A stretch of DNA of 64,000 nucleotides, from the NCBI GenBank assembly GCA_051294375.1, contig CM119266.1, positions 26,571,387-26,635,386 on the forward strand, read 5' to 3'. Both the position numbers and the translations under genes were made by a program. This DNA is from Paraspadella gotoi. Lineage: Eukaryota > Animalia > Chaetognatha. Position 1 is the stretch's first letter. Each line of letters starts with the position of its first letter. A model generated the notes under the pieces. The model was given only the letters and a program-made list of their open reading frames with translations, ran no database searches and was not told the DNA's origin. Positions 32,469-61,160 of the stretch are shown piece after piece.

Positions 32469-33394
32469 TATTTCTCTTTACTTGCAGTCAATAAAATGAC
32501 TTTTCTCACGTGCTTTTTTCTCCTGATGCGTTTATATTCTTTTCTAAAGTTTTTTCTCTCGTCTCTGTCCCTCGGCGAGTCCTCCGAAAAATAGAGAGGG
32601 AATATTGGTCCAGACGGTTGACGATTCGCGGGAAATTGACGAACCGAAACTCAAAACTTATCGACGTCGTCGCGACACGAAATGGGGAAATTTTTTTGCT
32701 TTTTTTTTGTCCCAGTTAATTTTTGAGAAAGTTCGTCTTCTTGGAAAGAGTGGAATAGAATCCGCTTTGTTTTTTTTTATCTTTATTTTTCTTCTTTCCA
32801 AGTCGGAATTTTTCTGCTTTTAAATATGTATTGTGTAATACATTAAGATTTTAATATCCAGCGATAAAACTTTTTTAAAATCGTCCATATACACGGTCTT
32901 ATGGTCCCGAAGATTTTGTAAGAGACACCAGTTAAATCCAAACGACTTCGCGCTCTCGCTTTTTATACTTCATTCTTCGGTTTCTCCACGAAAGTGTGTG
33001 CTAGAACGACCGTTTTACTTACTCTCCTGGTCTTACTTTCCCTTTAGTTTTCTTTATTTCCTCGGGTTTTGACGTCGGCACCGAAAAGGGGCAGACGACG
33101 ACGAAGACGACGACGAAAAGAACGTCGTCCTTCGATCCCTCGTCGACGGGATCGGAGGGGAGGGAAGGTTGGGAGAAGAGGAGGAAGAGGAGGAGGGAAT
33201 CGCGCAATTCGTCATTTTCCGAGTGGAAAAAGAGAGCGAGACAGTTAGAGAGACAGAGGAAGAAACCTGATAAAGGAGGACGACGGGAAGGTCCTCTCGG
33301 GGAAAGAAAGAGAGAGAGCGCGAGACGCCTCTTTCTCTTTTTGTCCCATCGACATTCGTGACTACTTTCCTCCCCCCCCCCCATCACTTGAACG

Positions 33395-33797
33395 ATGGTT
33401 AACACGAAAGGGCTATTCGGGGCTCAAGAAGTGGAACTCAAACGCACGAGTCTCGACCGGTTGAAACCGAGTCTGACAATTATGGGAGACACGTCGGGTC
33501 GGACGGAAAAGTGGACGAAATCTTTCATTCTTTAAATAGCATCCTCATCAAAAAAACTCCATTCTAATTTATTAATAATATTAGTCCTTGCATTATTTCA
33601 TTTTTTTTTTCATATTTTTTTTCAGTTCCCCATCTCCGAATAAACAGAGACCGAGGAGGTATCACGTCAACAGCGTCTTCGCCAGTCTCTCCCACCGCTC
33701 CCGTCGTCTGCTGATTGACTGCGACATTAATTCCGCTCAAATTCAAACTGCGATTGTATCGGAGAAGCCACTTGAAACTCTTCGCATTTGGCCCTAG
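33395..33797 (+). CDS. Possible small two-exon orphan gene
   Basis: MVNTKGLFGAQEVELKRTSLDR... can join through a phase-2 donor to acceptor ttttttcag (33625) and the open exon SPSPNKQRPRRYH...LETLRIWP*; donor ambiguous. Confidence 0.3.
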
Positions 33798-34510
33798 CCC
33801 CTTTCATGATTACGTATAAACTTTACGTTTTGCTGTCAAATTGTTGTTTTTTTTCGTTGCAAAAGTAAAATTTCTTTGTGATACAAAACAAAACGAAAAC
33901 GAAATGAAAACTACCTATAAAAATAATTGAAAAGGTACTTGAATAATAAGTGATAACTTCTACTTCAACTGTATACTTGTCGCTTTGTAAAAAAATGTCA
34001 AATTAAAATTATTTTCATTTCCATTTGGCCTCAAGTACTCGTCTAGTCACCGTGAGCATTGGCAAAGCTTTCGATATACATAGTACCACTATCATAGCTG
34101 AAATACAATAGTATTACTAAATCTTCCTTGCTTTTGGTCAATTTTTCAAAATATATAGATTCAAAAGAATCTAATTTGCGATTTTAACAATGCGTATTCT
34201 TTTTTGTAGAGCTTCAGCAATAGATTACAATTAGAGACAAGCTAAGTTGAGAAGATTAACTACTATACTATTATAATAAATCTGAGTATAAATTTGATTT
34301 AAAAAAAGTTTTATTGCGACAGAAAATTAAGAAACAGATTGTTTTGTATTAAAAAGTATAGGTTAAACTCATATCGTTGAAAATATTCTTCGTATCAGGA
34401 AAAAAATAACCGTCTGTATTGAACCTTTCATGCTTCGCGGTTCAGACTGCAATCAAAGATAATTAATACATAGAATAATTTGGAAGCAATAATATAAAAT
34501 GATAATATAG

Positions 34511-35104
34511 TCAATACATCGTGACGTATCTTTTGACCTTCCCTCTCAACGATTCTCGCCGTTTATTCAGCGTTATACGAATTGGGGGCGATCTTTTAGT
34601 AGACATGTGTTCGATAAAGTTACGGAGTTGTCGCTGTTCGGCGCTCGTGAGATCGTCGGGGATTGACTGAGGCGAAGTTTTTCTGAGATCAGATGTAGTT
34701 GAGCTCAATATCGGTGAAGCCGGAATCGGTCGCGTTATTTCCTTCTGTGGAGAGTTCGATGGAGTCGTATTCTCTACCGTCAAAGATAGGGCAGGATAAT
34801 GTGCATGCGAAGTGATCGCTTCGGCGTCGACGGAGATCGAAGTAGGTATAAATGGCGTGTAACTTTTACTAGGTTTCTTAATCCCGCATGAGGTGAGCTT
34901 TCCACGCGGGGTAGAATCAGTAGTGAGGGAGCTTGATTGGACATCTTTTTGCAAAGGTCTTCTCGACGTTGCGTTCATCTTCTGCGTTTGTGACCCTGTA
35001 AAAGTAGAGTTTGCGGAGGATTTGTGGTTAGAATGATCCATGGCCGTCGGCGCCCCCGGTGGGGCTTTGCTCCGTGCCCGTGATTTTCCGGGGGGCGCTC
35101 GCTG
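34511..35104 (-). CDS. 197-codon in-frame extension downstream of the MATCAP stop codon (candidate readthrough region)
   Basis: CAG at 35104 through TAT at 34514 has no stop; it includes the 176-aa ORF from ATG 35041 (63 nt after the stop, same frame); base composition falls to AT-rich right after TGA 34513-34511. Confidence 0.6.
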   Translation of the reverse strand, partial: QRAPPGKSRARSKAPPGAPTAMDHSNHKSSANSTFTGSQTQKMNATSRRPLQKDVQSSSLTTDSTPRGKLTSCGIKKPSKSYTPFIPTSISVDAEAITSHAHYPALSLTVENTTPSNSPQKEITRPIPASPILSSTTSDLRKTSPQSIPDDLTSAEQRQLRNFIEHMSTKRSPPIRITLNKRRESLRGKVKRYVTMY

Positions 35105-46425
<11,321 letters not shown>

Positions 46426-46435
46426 CTGGAAGGCG

Positions 46436-46903
46436 GGAAGGGGAGAGAGAGATGAGAGAGAGAGAGAGGAGGGGAAGAGAGAGAGAGAGAGAGAGAGAGA
46501 GGGGAGGAGAGAGAGGAGGAGAGAGGAGAGAGGAGAGAGAGAGGGAAGAGAGAGAGAGAGATGGAGAGAGAGATGACGAAGAGAGGGAGAGGAGAGACGA
46601 AGAGGGAGAGCGAGGAGGAGAGAGGAAGGTGAGAGAGGGCGAGAGGGAGTGGGGAGACGGGAGGAGAGCGGGAGAGAGGAGAAGAAGAAGATGAGAGCGG
46701 AGATGAGGGAGAGAGGAGAGACAGGAGAAGGAGGAGATAAGAGGGAGAGAGGAGAAGGGAGAGAGAGAGAGAGGAGAAGGAGAGAGGAGGGCTCGAGGAG
46801 AGGAGGGAGGAGGAGTGAGAGAGATGACGGAGAGAAAAGGAGAGAGGGGGGGGGGGTCGGAGAGAGATGAGGGCGAGAGAGAGAGGGAGAGAGAGAGAGA
46901 GAG
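46436..46903. repeat. ~470-nt degenerate polypurine (G/A) tract
   Basis: Nearly all G/A on the + strand; forms a very long pyrimidine tract upstream of the MATCAP acceptor at 46426. Confidence 0.9.
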
Positions 46904-47535
46904 ACGACAATTTGAAAAGTCGTAAGTGTGGAAAAGGCGATCAAATTCTCTAAGCCTTTCGAGATTTTCTAATCGAAGAAATGTATATTGTTAGTTAGAT
47001 GACCCACGCAACGGGCAACCACAAGGTCCGCCGTCAGTGGTTTGTGGTCAACCATTTGACAACCGCCACAACATCCAGTACGACCACAACGACAAACCGT
47101 TCCCCGGCTTTTATTTCCAAAGGAACATTAACTTCTTCTTTCTAATCTGTATCCACAAAGAATCGTAACCCCAGGACAAGTTTCTCAGTACTAAACGTCG
47201 TTGTTTGTTTTCTTTGGTGACGTCACTGCGTGTTTGATTCGGTTAAAAGATAATGATTAACAAAAACCCTGTAGAGTTTGTTTTCGAAAGAGCGCCTCAG
47301 TGGGTAAACGAATGAACTCTGAGCGTTGTTTTCGGTTTATTAAACGAACTTCGGAGTTTTCTCGAATTGGGCGCTCGTCCAAGTACAAAGAAACAGTAAA
47401 TAAGTATACAGCCAATTATACATTATTTGGAATCTCCAGATTTATCGGACATTGTTACATAATGTATGCGAAAATGTGAGAAGGGACCATTGAACTCCAG
47501 CTTTGGTAAACAAAGAAAAAATCCACAAGTTCGAA

Positions 47536-47606
<71 letters not shown>

Positions 47607-47859
47607 CTCTCTCCCCCTAATCCCAACATATTACGTTATCGCTGAAAAATCATAAACACAAACCGGGGAAAAAAATCGTCATTGTGTTTTAGCCGCATTT
47701 TGACATTATGCAAATGAGATTCGGCGGGATTAAAGACCGAATTGTCACGTGAACAAAGATCAGATAGACCACGTGATTCGCCGGTGTCACGCGTGAAGGC
47801 CGGGGCTTTTAAAGTTTTACCGGCGAGAGTAAGAAAATAAGGGGTAAAGGAATCACTCA

Positions 47860-47964
<105 letters not shown>

Positions 47965-49290
47965 CTCTCTCTCAGTCCGTGAAAAACCAGTGACCACCTC
48001 TTGTCCTCTTCCTCCTCTCACTCCTCCTCCTCCCTCTGACCTTCGACCCCCAATATTTCTTTTTTTGCCAGTAACTCACTCTACCTCGCTCTCCCTCTCT
48101 TTCTCTCTGAGTTCAAAGCGCTTTTGGAATTATTATTTTTCATTCGCTCTCGAATGTATTTACAATTTTATTCACGTCGTCTTCCAACTGCAACTGTTTA
48201 TTTCTGCATTCAGCTGCTCCGACTCGAGCTGATCCTTGGACGATCAGCTTCGTCCTGATTTTGGGTAAGTCGATGCTGCGTGACTGTTGTTGCCTTTGAC
48301 GCGGCAGTTGTTGTTGTTGTAATAGTTGGAACAATCCTTTGTTTCCAACGATTTGAAGATCGTTTCATATTTTAAGACGTAGAAAGTTTTTCAAAATTTC
48401 ATCATTTTGAAAATCTTGAGTTTTGACTCGATGTATTAGCTTTTCTTTTGTAATAGTCTTTTTCTATTTCCCTAAGAACCACTTCGCCAAGCATTTAAAA
48501 ATGGGAGCAGGGAAACCTAACCAAAACGACCACACTTTTTAAAAACATTTCCTTTAATAGTGTTAAAATTTATATTATAAACAGACATCGATTGTTTTTG
48601 TGGATTTTAATTAAAACAATGACGTCTTATTCTTTTGAGTAATGATATTTAAAACGAGTAATAATAACAAAAGATCTGCTCTTCTATTTCGTCAAGCGGG
48701 AATTTATAATTAATTTCTTTTTCGTTATTATTTTTTGTGTCAATCAACTCTTAAAAATTAAGAAAAAAACAAGTCTTATCTCGAAACTGGAATTGACTCT
48801 GATTCTCTTGTTTTTTTTTAATCGAAGAGAAAAAAAAATAAAAGAAGATTAAACGTAATAAAATATTTGGGCGGATAAACGGACGATGTTCCGCACGACT
48901 TATTGCGCAACCAACCAGAGCTCGAATCAATAAGCAAAAAACAATGGACTCATTAATAATCACTAATTATTAAAAATTATTGTTCCTCTACCAAAAAAAA
49001 AAGTAAATTGTAGCCAATTCTTATTTCCTGCACGTGCGTGTTGGGCGTTTGGGAAAAATCCTCGATTCTTTTTTTTTTTTTTTTCTTCGTTCGAGTAACC
49101 GAATGAAAGTTTTTAAAAACACACCTGTACTACAGGCTGTTGCACTCATTTACCTTTCCGCCGTCAACAGTTCTCCCATTCCTTTCGTCCCTTCACTCTT
49201 CAAAAAAAAAAGGGTTTCGGCAGAGAAAAGGAGAAAAAAAAAACAAAAAAAAAAACCCGGAACGAGAGAGAGAGCGAGAGAGAGACGACC

Positions 49291-53250
<3,960 letters not shown>

Positions 53251-55639
53251 AATGGGAGAGGGAGAAGGAGGAGGAAGAGGAGTAGATCGACAACGACGAC
53301 AAGAGAAAGGAAGGGAGATGACAATAAAAAAGACAACCACACATCTTGACGAAGGACTGCGACTGCGGAGGATATTCCTGCCCCCCCCCCCGCGGACAAT
53401 TACGACGGAAAAACGCGGACGCGACGATGACAAGGTGACGTCAGTGTCCGACGTCTTTCCTCACCCGGATAGGGGTAAGGACAACGACTACGATGACGAC
53501 GACGACGACGACAATAATAAAAAATGCGACGACGAGGAGAACGACTCGACATTCCTCGGATTAAAAAAAAAAGAGACGTCGACGAAGACGGATCGACAGC
53601 GTGGAAGCATCCTTTGTTCGGGAGGACGATGACACCTTTCGTGGACAACGACTATGACGACGACATCAATCTCGAGGCTGCTCGGGGCTGACGATGACGA
53701 AGAAGTGGTTAAGAAGATGAGGACGACGAACGAACGAAAATAAGTCGATGACGACGACGACTCAGTCACTCGAAAAGTCAATCGTGGACAAAGAAGACCA
53801 AAGAGGACGTCACCGTGGGAAATCTCGGTAAAGGGAAACGAAGACTCAATAAAAATAAGGGGGGAAAATTAAAAGGAAATAAAGGATCAACTTTTGAGCT
53901 TTTTTTTATTCTTGATTGGGAACATTTTTTTAAAAAGCGGGAAAAAGGAGATTCGGGGCTTTCTTTTTTTAATTCGCTAGCTCGTTACTACGTGGCGCCG
54001 TCTCCGCTCGAGTTTTTGAAAAAAAAAAGGAAACAAAAAACCGGTGACGCCAAAAGCCGCGCCCCTGCATTTTTTTTTTAGTCAAACGTACGTCAGTCTC
54101 CGCTCATTTCTGTCAGTCGTTAAATGTAGAAAAAAAAAATCCCCAAAAACTTGTCTAGACTTTATCTCCCTCTTTCTCTCTCTTTCAATTCAAATTAGTC
54201 TTGTTGGCCAGGAATGCGCGGGGACTCGCGATCAAAATTAATCCGAAGACGAAGACGCCAAACCAGTTTTTTTCTTTTTTTTTCCTTTTCTTTTTTTTCT
54301 TTTTTTTTTAAGTCGAAGTAAAATTAGATTCTGATTCGTCTTCGATGCGACTTTGAATTTGTTGAACAATGAACATCGAGGCGAACGATCGGGCCTGTTA
54401 GCGCGGCCTGGCAATTGGTTAGGCCTGGCGATAATTGGTCGATTGAGTTGCCCGGTTCCCGTGATGCCCCGTTTTAAATTTGGAATCCTTTTACCATTAT
54501 CCCTTTTGTTATCAACTCGCTATTATTTCGTAAGTCATGCTTAATTTGTAATTTTATAATTTTAGTGAGAATTGTTTTTCATGTCTCTAATTCTTATTAT
54601 ATCGATCGTACTTTTGTTATGCTGTCAAAATCTTTCATTTCGATTTTCGGCAAAGTTCATGTTGAAATCGAAAAGAAATTCCGTATATCTATTTAATTAA
54701 AACCTTGCCGCAGTCTGAACTGAAATAAAAACGTACTTCTAAAGAATTTTATTTACTTAAAATATACTCCGAGGAGTGGTTCCTCTCAGCGAAGGTTTAA
54801 TTTCCATCTAAATTCTTACAACGAATGATTTTTAGCGGAAACAATTGTAAAATTAAATTATTAAAATTTTATATTGGTTGTACCAATTTCATTAAACGAG
54901 CCGAGGTGAATGACCTGGGGTTGGTTTTTTTTTTAACCAGTGAGTAATTGAATTTTCAATTGCGCATTACTAATTTGGTTTGTATTCTGACATACATTTT
55001 TAGGTTAAATTCAAAATTTAAAAAATAAAGTTACTTTTTTATTTTTCGAGAAAATCATCAATATTTGTCTTATACTTTGGAGCTCTACTAATTACGACTT
55101 GAACTTGATGTATTTGGACATAGCTTTTTACGTCGACTCGCGATATAAACATAGCACTGATTCCTGAGCGAATTATTTGTTTTGCGATGTTTAATGTTTT
55201 AACTGTCAACTTTAGACCCCGTTTACCTCTCGTTCTAAAAAAATGAACTATTATATTTATATTAACGTCGTCACGAATTCGACGATAATTTCAATTTTTC
55301 GTTCAGCGAAACCAAACCAAACTGTTTGTGTCTTTCAACTTTTTTTTTTCTCGAAACTTTGAGTCGAGTTTTACCGCGAAAAATGAAAGAATGAAAGAAG
55401 AATGAAAGAATGAAAGAAGAATGAAAGAGACGTTAGACGGGTTAAATAATATCCTCCATCCTCCCAACAGCAGAAGAGGGTGGTAACATTATTTTTGCAT
55501 TCGTGCCAATCGCACGAGAGATTTATCCATTAAACCGTCCCTTTAGTCCAATTATTTAGTATTTCTCTTACATATTGATAGGGAAGCCAGGTACTCTGGG
55601 AGTGAATAAACGAGACTGTGTGAGAGTCTTGATTGAAAG

Positions 55640-55763
55640 CTTGCAGGGACCTGCTATGTCATTATCTTGTAAGAGTGATGGAGGCCTTAAACCACCAAAG
55701 TCAGGGGCAAGATAGCTTATTAAATGAATGGATAATTTTTATATTGGTTGTACCAATTTCATA
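55640..55763. repeat. Dispersed short repeat family with core ATATTGGTTGTACCAATTTCAT
   Basis: Core at ~14145(-), 15478, 17878, 29141(-), 36522, 54872, 55741, 58970(-); longer copies share caggggcaagatagcttatt(t/a)aatgaatgg. Confidence 0.8.
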
Positions 55764-56065
55764 TTATTTTTTACCTACATATCGTTCTTTCTCACCTTCG
55801 AAGTAGCTCTAATTAGAAATACTATCTTCTTTCGTTATTAAATCATTTTCCTGATTTTCTTGCTCCGATACTTGTTCACGAAACAATCATCAATTTGCAC
55901 ATAGTTTTTTTTAAATTGATTTCATTCATTAATTTATATATATAAATATATTCATATATATTGTTATGACTCATAAGTCATATTTATCGGACCATTCCTC
56001 ATGTATTCGGCTATTCTTTCCAATTCACCCTGTAGTACCCATTCATCCCCTTTCGTGCCACTCAC

Positions 56066-56319
56066 CCAATATTTCCGCGAATGACTGACTTTTTCTTCGA
56101 TGTTTGAGTTTCTTCTTCGCCTCGGATCCGACTCCTTCAGCGGTGATCAGCAAATCTTTGTCCAAGATTTAAGAATGAGGGTGACGAAGAAAAAGGAGGA
56201 AAAAAAAATTAAAAGAATATAATGCGATAGTTTTTTTTTTTAATATTTTTTAAGATCTCCCGTCATATTGATCCCTTATTCTTTCTCACGATTTTTTTTC
56301 TTCTTGGCTTTTTTATGTT

Positions 56320-56363
<44 letters not shown>

Positions 56364-58139
56364 CATAGCGAAAATCCTGCTCTCTCGTCGGCTGGATTTA
56401 TTATTTTAAAAAAATATTCAGATATGTATTCATTCCAAACGAAGACAAAAACAAACTTTTTGAAAGATTACTTAAAGCGCTTACACCCCTCTCCATCTTC
56501 CCCCCACTTTATCTTGGAATTTTTCGGCAACTTCGCGGGGGTGGTTGATTGGGGGTGGCTCTAAGAGTGAGGGGGGCGTTGAAACATACCTGGACGGTCG
56601 ATGGAGAGAAGCCGGCCCTCTGGCGGGAACAGGCCATCTCCGGGGGACATAGGGGGAGCGACGGGGGTCTCATGCCCTCCTTCGCCCCCCACGGCTTCTG
56701 GGTTCTCCTCGTCCGATTCGGCCCCCGCGGGTTCGAGGCTCGAGCCCGGGTCTCCGCCCTTTTCTTTCATCGGAGCGGGCCAATTGTTTTTTTCGTCCCC
56801 GACGTCGTCGCTGTCGGAAGCGACGCCTGGAGGGAAATTGTGAAAACAAGAGATCAAAGGAGGAAATCGGAAGCGACACGAAGGAAAACAAAAAAAATTA
56901 TATTGCATGAGCAATTTCACAGTTGTACAAAAAAAATATTACTTTTTTATATAAGTTATTGATGAATAAATTCAAGGCATGAATAATTAAATATAATTAA
57001 ATATAGCTAAAGATAGAAAGAATTAGGATTATTTAAAAATAAATATACAAACAATAAAGATTAAATCTTGCCGTCTTTATCGTCAGTCATCAGCGAACGA
57101 CGAATCTGTGAAATTTCCGGCGCCAAAATTTGAATTCTCTTCGACGCAGCGTCGTCGTCGATCGGCGCTACTGCCGGCGCCGTGCCCGAACGACGCCGTT
57201 GAACTTGCGTCGCCGCCAAGTCTATCGTCTCGGCCGTCAGCGCCGGAAACGAGGAAATCCAAACGGGACGCTGAGCGGCGTAGGCGGCTTCGCTTTCGTC
57301 GCTTACGAGCGGCGCCTCTAGCGGCGACGGCGCTCCCGACGGCGCGGTGCTAATTCTTTCCGTTTCAACTACGGGTTGTGGAGTGGCGATGGCCGTTCCC
57401 TTGACGACCGAAGGCGGCAACACGACGCGTTCCACGCCCTCCGGTGACGACGTCGGCGTCGCTGTCGTCTGCGTCGCCAGGCGAAGTTTCCAAGGTTTCG
57501 TGGAGCCTCTCGCTCGTTTGAATCCGTGACGTCGTCTCGGCGGGCGATGATCGTTATCGTTGTCCTCTTCTTTGTCGTTGTCGTTATTACCTAATTCGTT
57601 TTGACTGCGACAAATAACGATCCTCGGATACGACGGCGATCGTTTGCGACCGGCGTCGGCGCCGCCACCGTCGTCGCGAAGGACGCCGCGAACGACGCCT
57701 CGTCCATCCGCGTCCCCCTCTTTCGTGAAGGCGCGGAATTGGAGCCGTTTCAGCGCGAGAAGGGAAAGCCCGTGATCTCTGGTTAATTATAAAGGTTTTA
57801 AAATTTTATATTGAAATATTAAAGATTTAACGATCGGGAATAGTCGGACGTACAGAACGACGTTAAAGGTTCACCTTCGCTAATTCGTTTCGCCTCTCAC
57901 CCTTTTCCCGTCGAACGCGCGCGTCGAAAACCGGAAGTAGGGTGACGTCGCTCGCCAGTTACTTTCGCGTCCACGGTCGACGCCGCGCGCCTGGAAGTCC
58001 GCGCGCGTTGATCTCGTGACGGGCTGCGCGCGCCGGTCGTCTTCGTCGTCGTCGTCTTCTTCGTCTTCGCCGTCGTCGTCTTCGCCGTCGTCGAAGTCTT
58101 TTGATGAAGTCGATGAGGTCGACGAACGAGTTCGGACAT
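56066..58139 (-). CDS. Unknown low-complexity protein (>420 aa); exons 58139-57901, 57778-57072, 56826-56590, 56155-56066; ends uncertain
   Basis: Four GC-rich open exons joined with matching phases (2,1,1), one through a GC donor (G|gcaaga at 57071); no domain recognised. Confidence 0.6.
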
Positions 58140-58178
58140 CGGGTGTGAAAGATCGAGACGAGAGTCTCTTTTAACGGT

Positions 58179-58297
<119 letters not shown>

Positions 58298-59499
58298 AAA
58301 AAAAAAATTAAGAGCGAAAAGTCCTCAATCGTTGGAAGTCATTCAGTTTTTATAATCCACAATTTGTTTTCATTCTGTCTTTGCACTAAAACGAAATTCA
58401 AACGTACAGTAGAAATAACTGTCATGTCCGCGACATTTCGTGACAAAATCGACGACAACAAACAACTTATTGTAGGTCATCGGAACTCGCGTCCATTTGA
58501 GAAAAAACGCCGGGTACCGAGGCGACGGCCGACCCTTCTCAGAAACAACACGAAATCTAGAACAAAAAAAAACTGTAAGACGACAACGACGACAACAACA
58601 ACAACTATGCCCGAGTTAAAAGAAAAAAAATCTTGAGAATTAATCGTCGGTCCTTTTATTTCGACAGTTTCATCGCTCGGAAAATTTCCGTCACGAAAGC
58701 CGAAGGAAAAGAGTTAAAAAAAAAAATTAATAATAATTACAAAAGAAAAAAAAGGTAGGAAAAAATTGTTATGAAAAAAATTTACGAGGCCAGTTCCGTC
58801 CTTCCCTAAAGATTTGCAGAACACCCGCGTCTATAATAGACTTCGAGTCGGAGATGATCGATCGATGGAGGAAAACAGAGGGTGCGAAAAATTTTATGAC
58901 TCGGCGTGCTCGACGAAAAAGTATTTACTTGCACTTACTCAGTACACCTTCTAATCATGTTGCCGTGAAAATGGTGCAACCAATATAAAATTATCCGTTC
59001 ATTCAATGGGTCGCCCCTGACTCTTGGACAGGCTATAATGGGATAAGGCCTGCATCCATCTTACAAGATAATAACATAGCAGAACCGAGGAAGCCATTTT
59101 GGAAGCGGTCTGTCTGTTCAAGACAAATGAACGATTTAAACGTCAAAAAAACAAATGTTTTTATTATTTCTTTTAACGCATTTCGTCACGATTTTTCTTT
59201 ATAAAAGCGAAAACATCATTTATTATTTTCCACTCGAGTTCAGATTCGGAAAAATCTACGTCGATCATCGAGAGATGATGAACACGAAGATCGAAAACCC
59301 GGATTTTCGGTTTCCACGAAAAAAAAAATCCCGAGATGTCGACTTTTGTGTCGGCGGCGCCGGTTTCTTGGGTGTCGCCTGTGGGTGCGGCTCATGGTGC
59401 CATTCCTGTCGCCGATTCTCTTGAATCATGGAACGAAAAAAAAGAGAGATAAAAATGTTAGCAGGGATGATAACGGAGGATGACGCATGGAAAGATGCC

Positions 59500-59610
59500 G
59501 CCGTATCAACGACGCACGACGAGGCGACATGACACGTGACATGACGCGCGACATGACACGCAGATTGACGCATGACGCGCGAAATGACACGCAGAGTGAC
59601 GCATGACGCC
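59500..59610. repeat. Degenerate ~12-nt tandem repeat (acATGACRCGyg)
   Basis: About nine TGAC(G/A)C units in 110 nt. Confidence 0.65.
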
Positions 59611-61160
59611 GAGGAGGCACTAGACAAATAGGAAAGACGATCCTAATGACTCTAGAATCGAGAAAAGACGCGACGCCGAAAAACGAGGCAAAAGGCCGAA
59701 GGGTTTTGTTTTTTTGCTAATGGGCACTTGCAACAACGGTTTTGTTATTGTTGTTGCTCTCGACTAATGATAAAAAGAAGGTAATGTAATTATAAATTTA
59801 CGCAGCACCGCATCACATTTCTAAATAACAGCAATGCTTAAGACGAGCTATACTTCTACAGTGCGTGCATCGCACAGACCTAAGACCAATTTCCACTATC
59901 TCGAATACAACTTTCTATATCAAGTGCATTGGAATCGAAACCGCGACTCCCCATCCGATAATTCCAAACTCCATGATCCTTGACAAACATTTTTTCCGTT
60001 GCCTCGTCGCCGGTTTCTTCGATGGTCAATAGCGGCGCCGCGCCGGCGGGGCCGAGGGTGGCGGCGGCGCCGGCGGGGCCAAGGGCGTCGCAAGGGCGGT
60101 CGGTTCATGATCGATCGTCTCGTTTTATCGTATCGAAGATTTTCATATCATCAATTGTTCGTAATGATCGAGTTGTAATATTATTGAGTAATAACTAATA
60201 AACGATAGCATTTGGTAGATTTGTACAATATACATGGTACAAATGTACATGATAGATGGTTTGTAAACCATTTTCATCCCATGAGATCTGCGATTGTGCG
60301 AATGTAAATCTGGAGAGACGACGACGACGACGAGAATAACCGAAAAATAAGTAATGCTTTTATATGGAATGAAACACCCAGAGAAACATTGAACAATGGA
60401 TGAACAATGACCGAATAATATTAAAACATATAAGGTTAATCAAGAATTTATATTGATTCTATTTTCTCTATAAATATAACCAAATGACGCCTTTCTTGTC
60501 TTCTCGTCCTTCTCGGCCCCCCCACACCACCATCCTTCTCCCAACATCCGAATTTTCAGAGTGGAATTTCCGCTTATTTTCTCTTTTAATCCGTTGGTTA
60601 ATCCGTTGGTTAATCCGTTCGTTAATCCCTACGTTAATATCCGGAATTTATGATGTAAGTTATTTACGTAACGAAAGTTTGTTATGTTCGTTATGTGATT
60701 ACGATGATTCCGCTTTCATAAAAACTTTGGGCGATTCAAGCGGAGTTCCCTTTTGTTTGTCTCAGTAGCCTTGACTACTAGCACCTCTCTCTAGTGGCAC
60801 AGTGAAAAAAATGGGTAGTAACTGAATAACTAAAATAACTAAATAACTAAAATAAATAAATGACTAAAACTAAAGAACTAAAGCTTTTACTATACAAAAA
60901 TAGGAAAGTTTTAAATCCGGTTCCAACGTGTTTCTCGGAATCGGATTAAATTGACTTTTTTGTGTATGAACGTATTTCTTCTATGACAAAAGGAAAAAAA
61001 CACTGAAATATAAAAAAAATCTCAAGATGAATTAAATCCTACGTTGAGAAATGGTTATAACTTGTATTTTGTCGTACATGTTGAAAATGGTAACGCTCTT
61101 CATATCGGAGACTTAATTTGACAGCTTGATAGACCTTTTGTCGCTGTATAATGTGTATAT

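Noticed and set aside
34381-34440. ATGA...TGAT SECIS-like motif downstream of the MATCAP extension
   Set aside because: Helix II does not pair and there is no proper AA loop, so selenocysteine insertion is unsupported
53252-53632. 126-aa ORF starting 1 nt after the Smad stop (TGA-A-ATG), possible reinitiation
   Set aside because: Low-complexity GAC/GGA-rich 3'UTR in which stops are rare; the Smad SSVS end is canonical
59500-60640. CRISPR-like array
   Set aside because: Eukaryotic context; repeats are short, tandem and lack unique spacers
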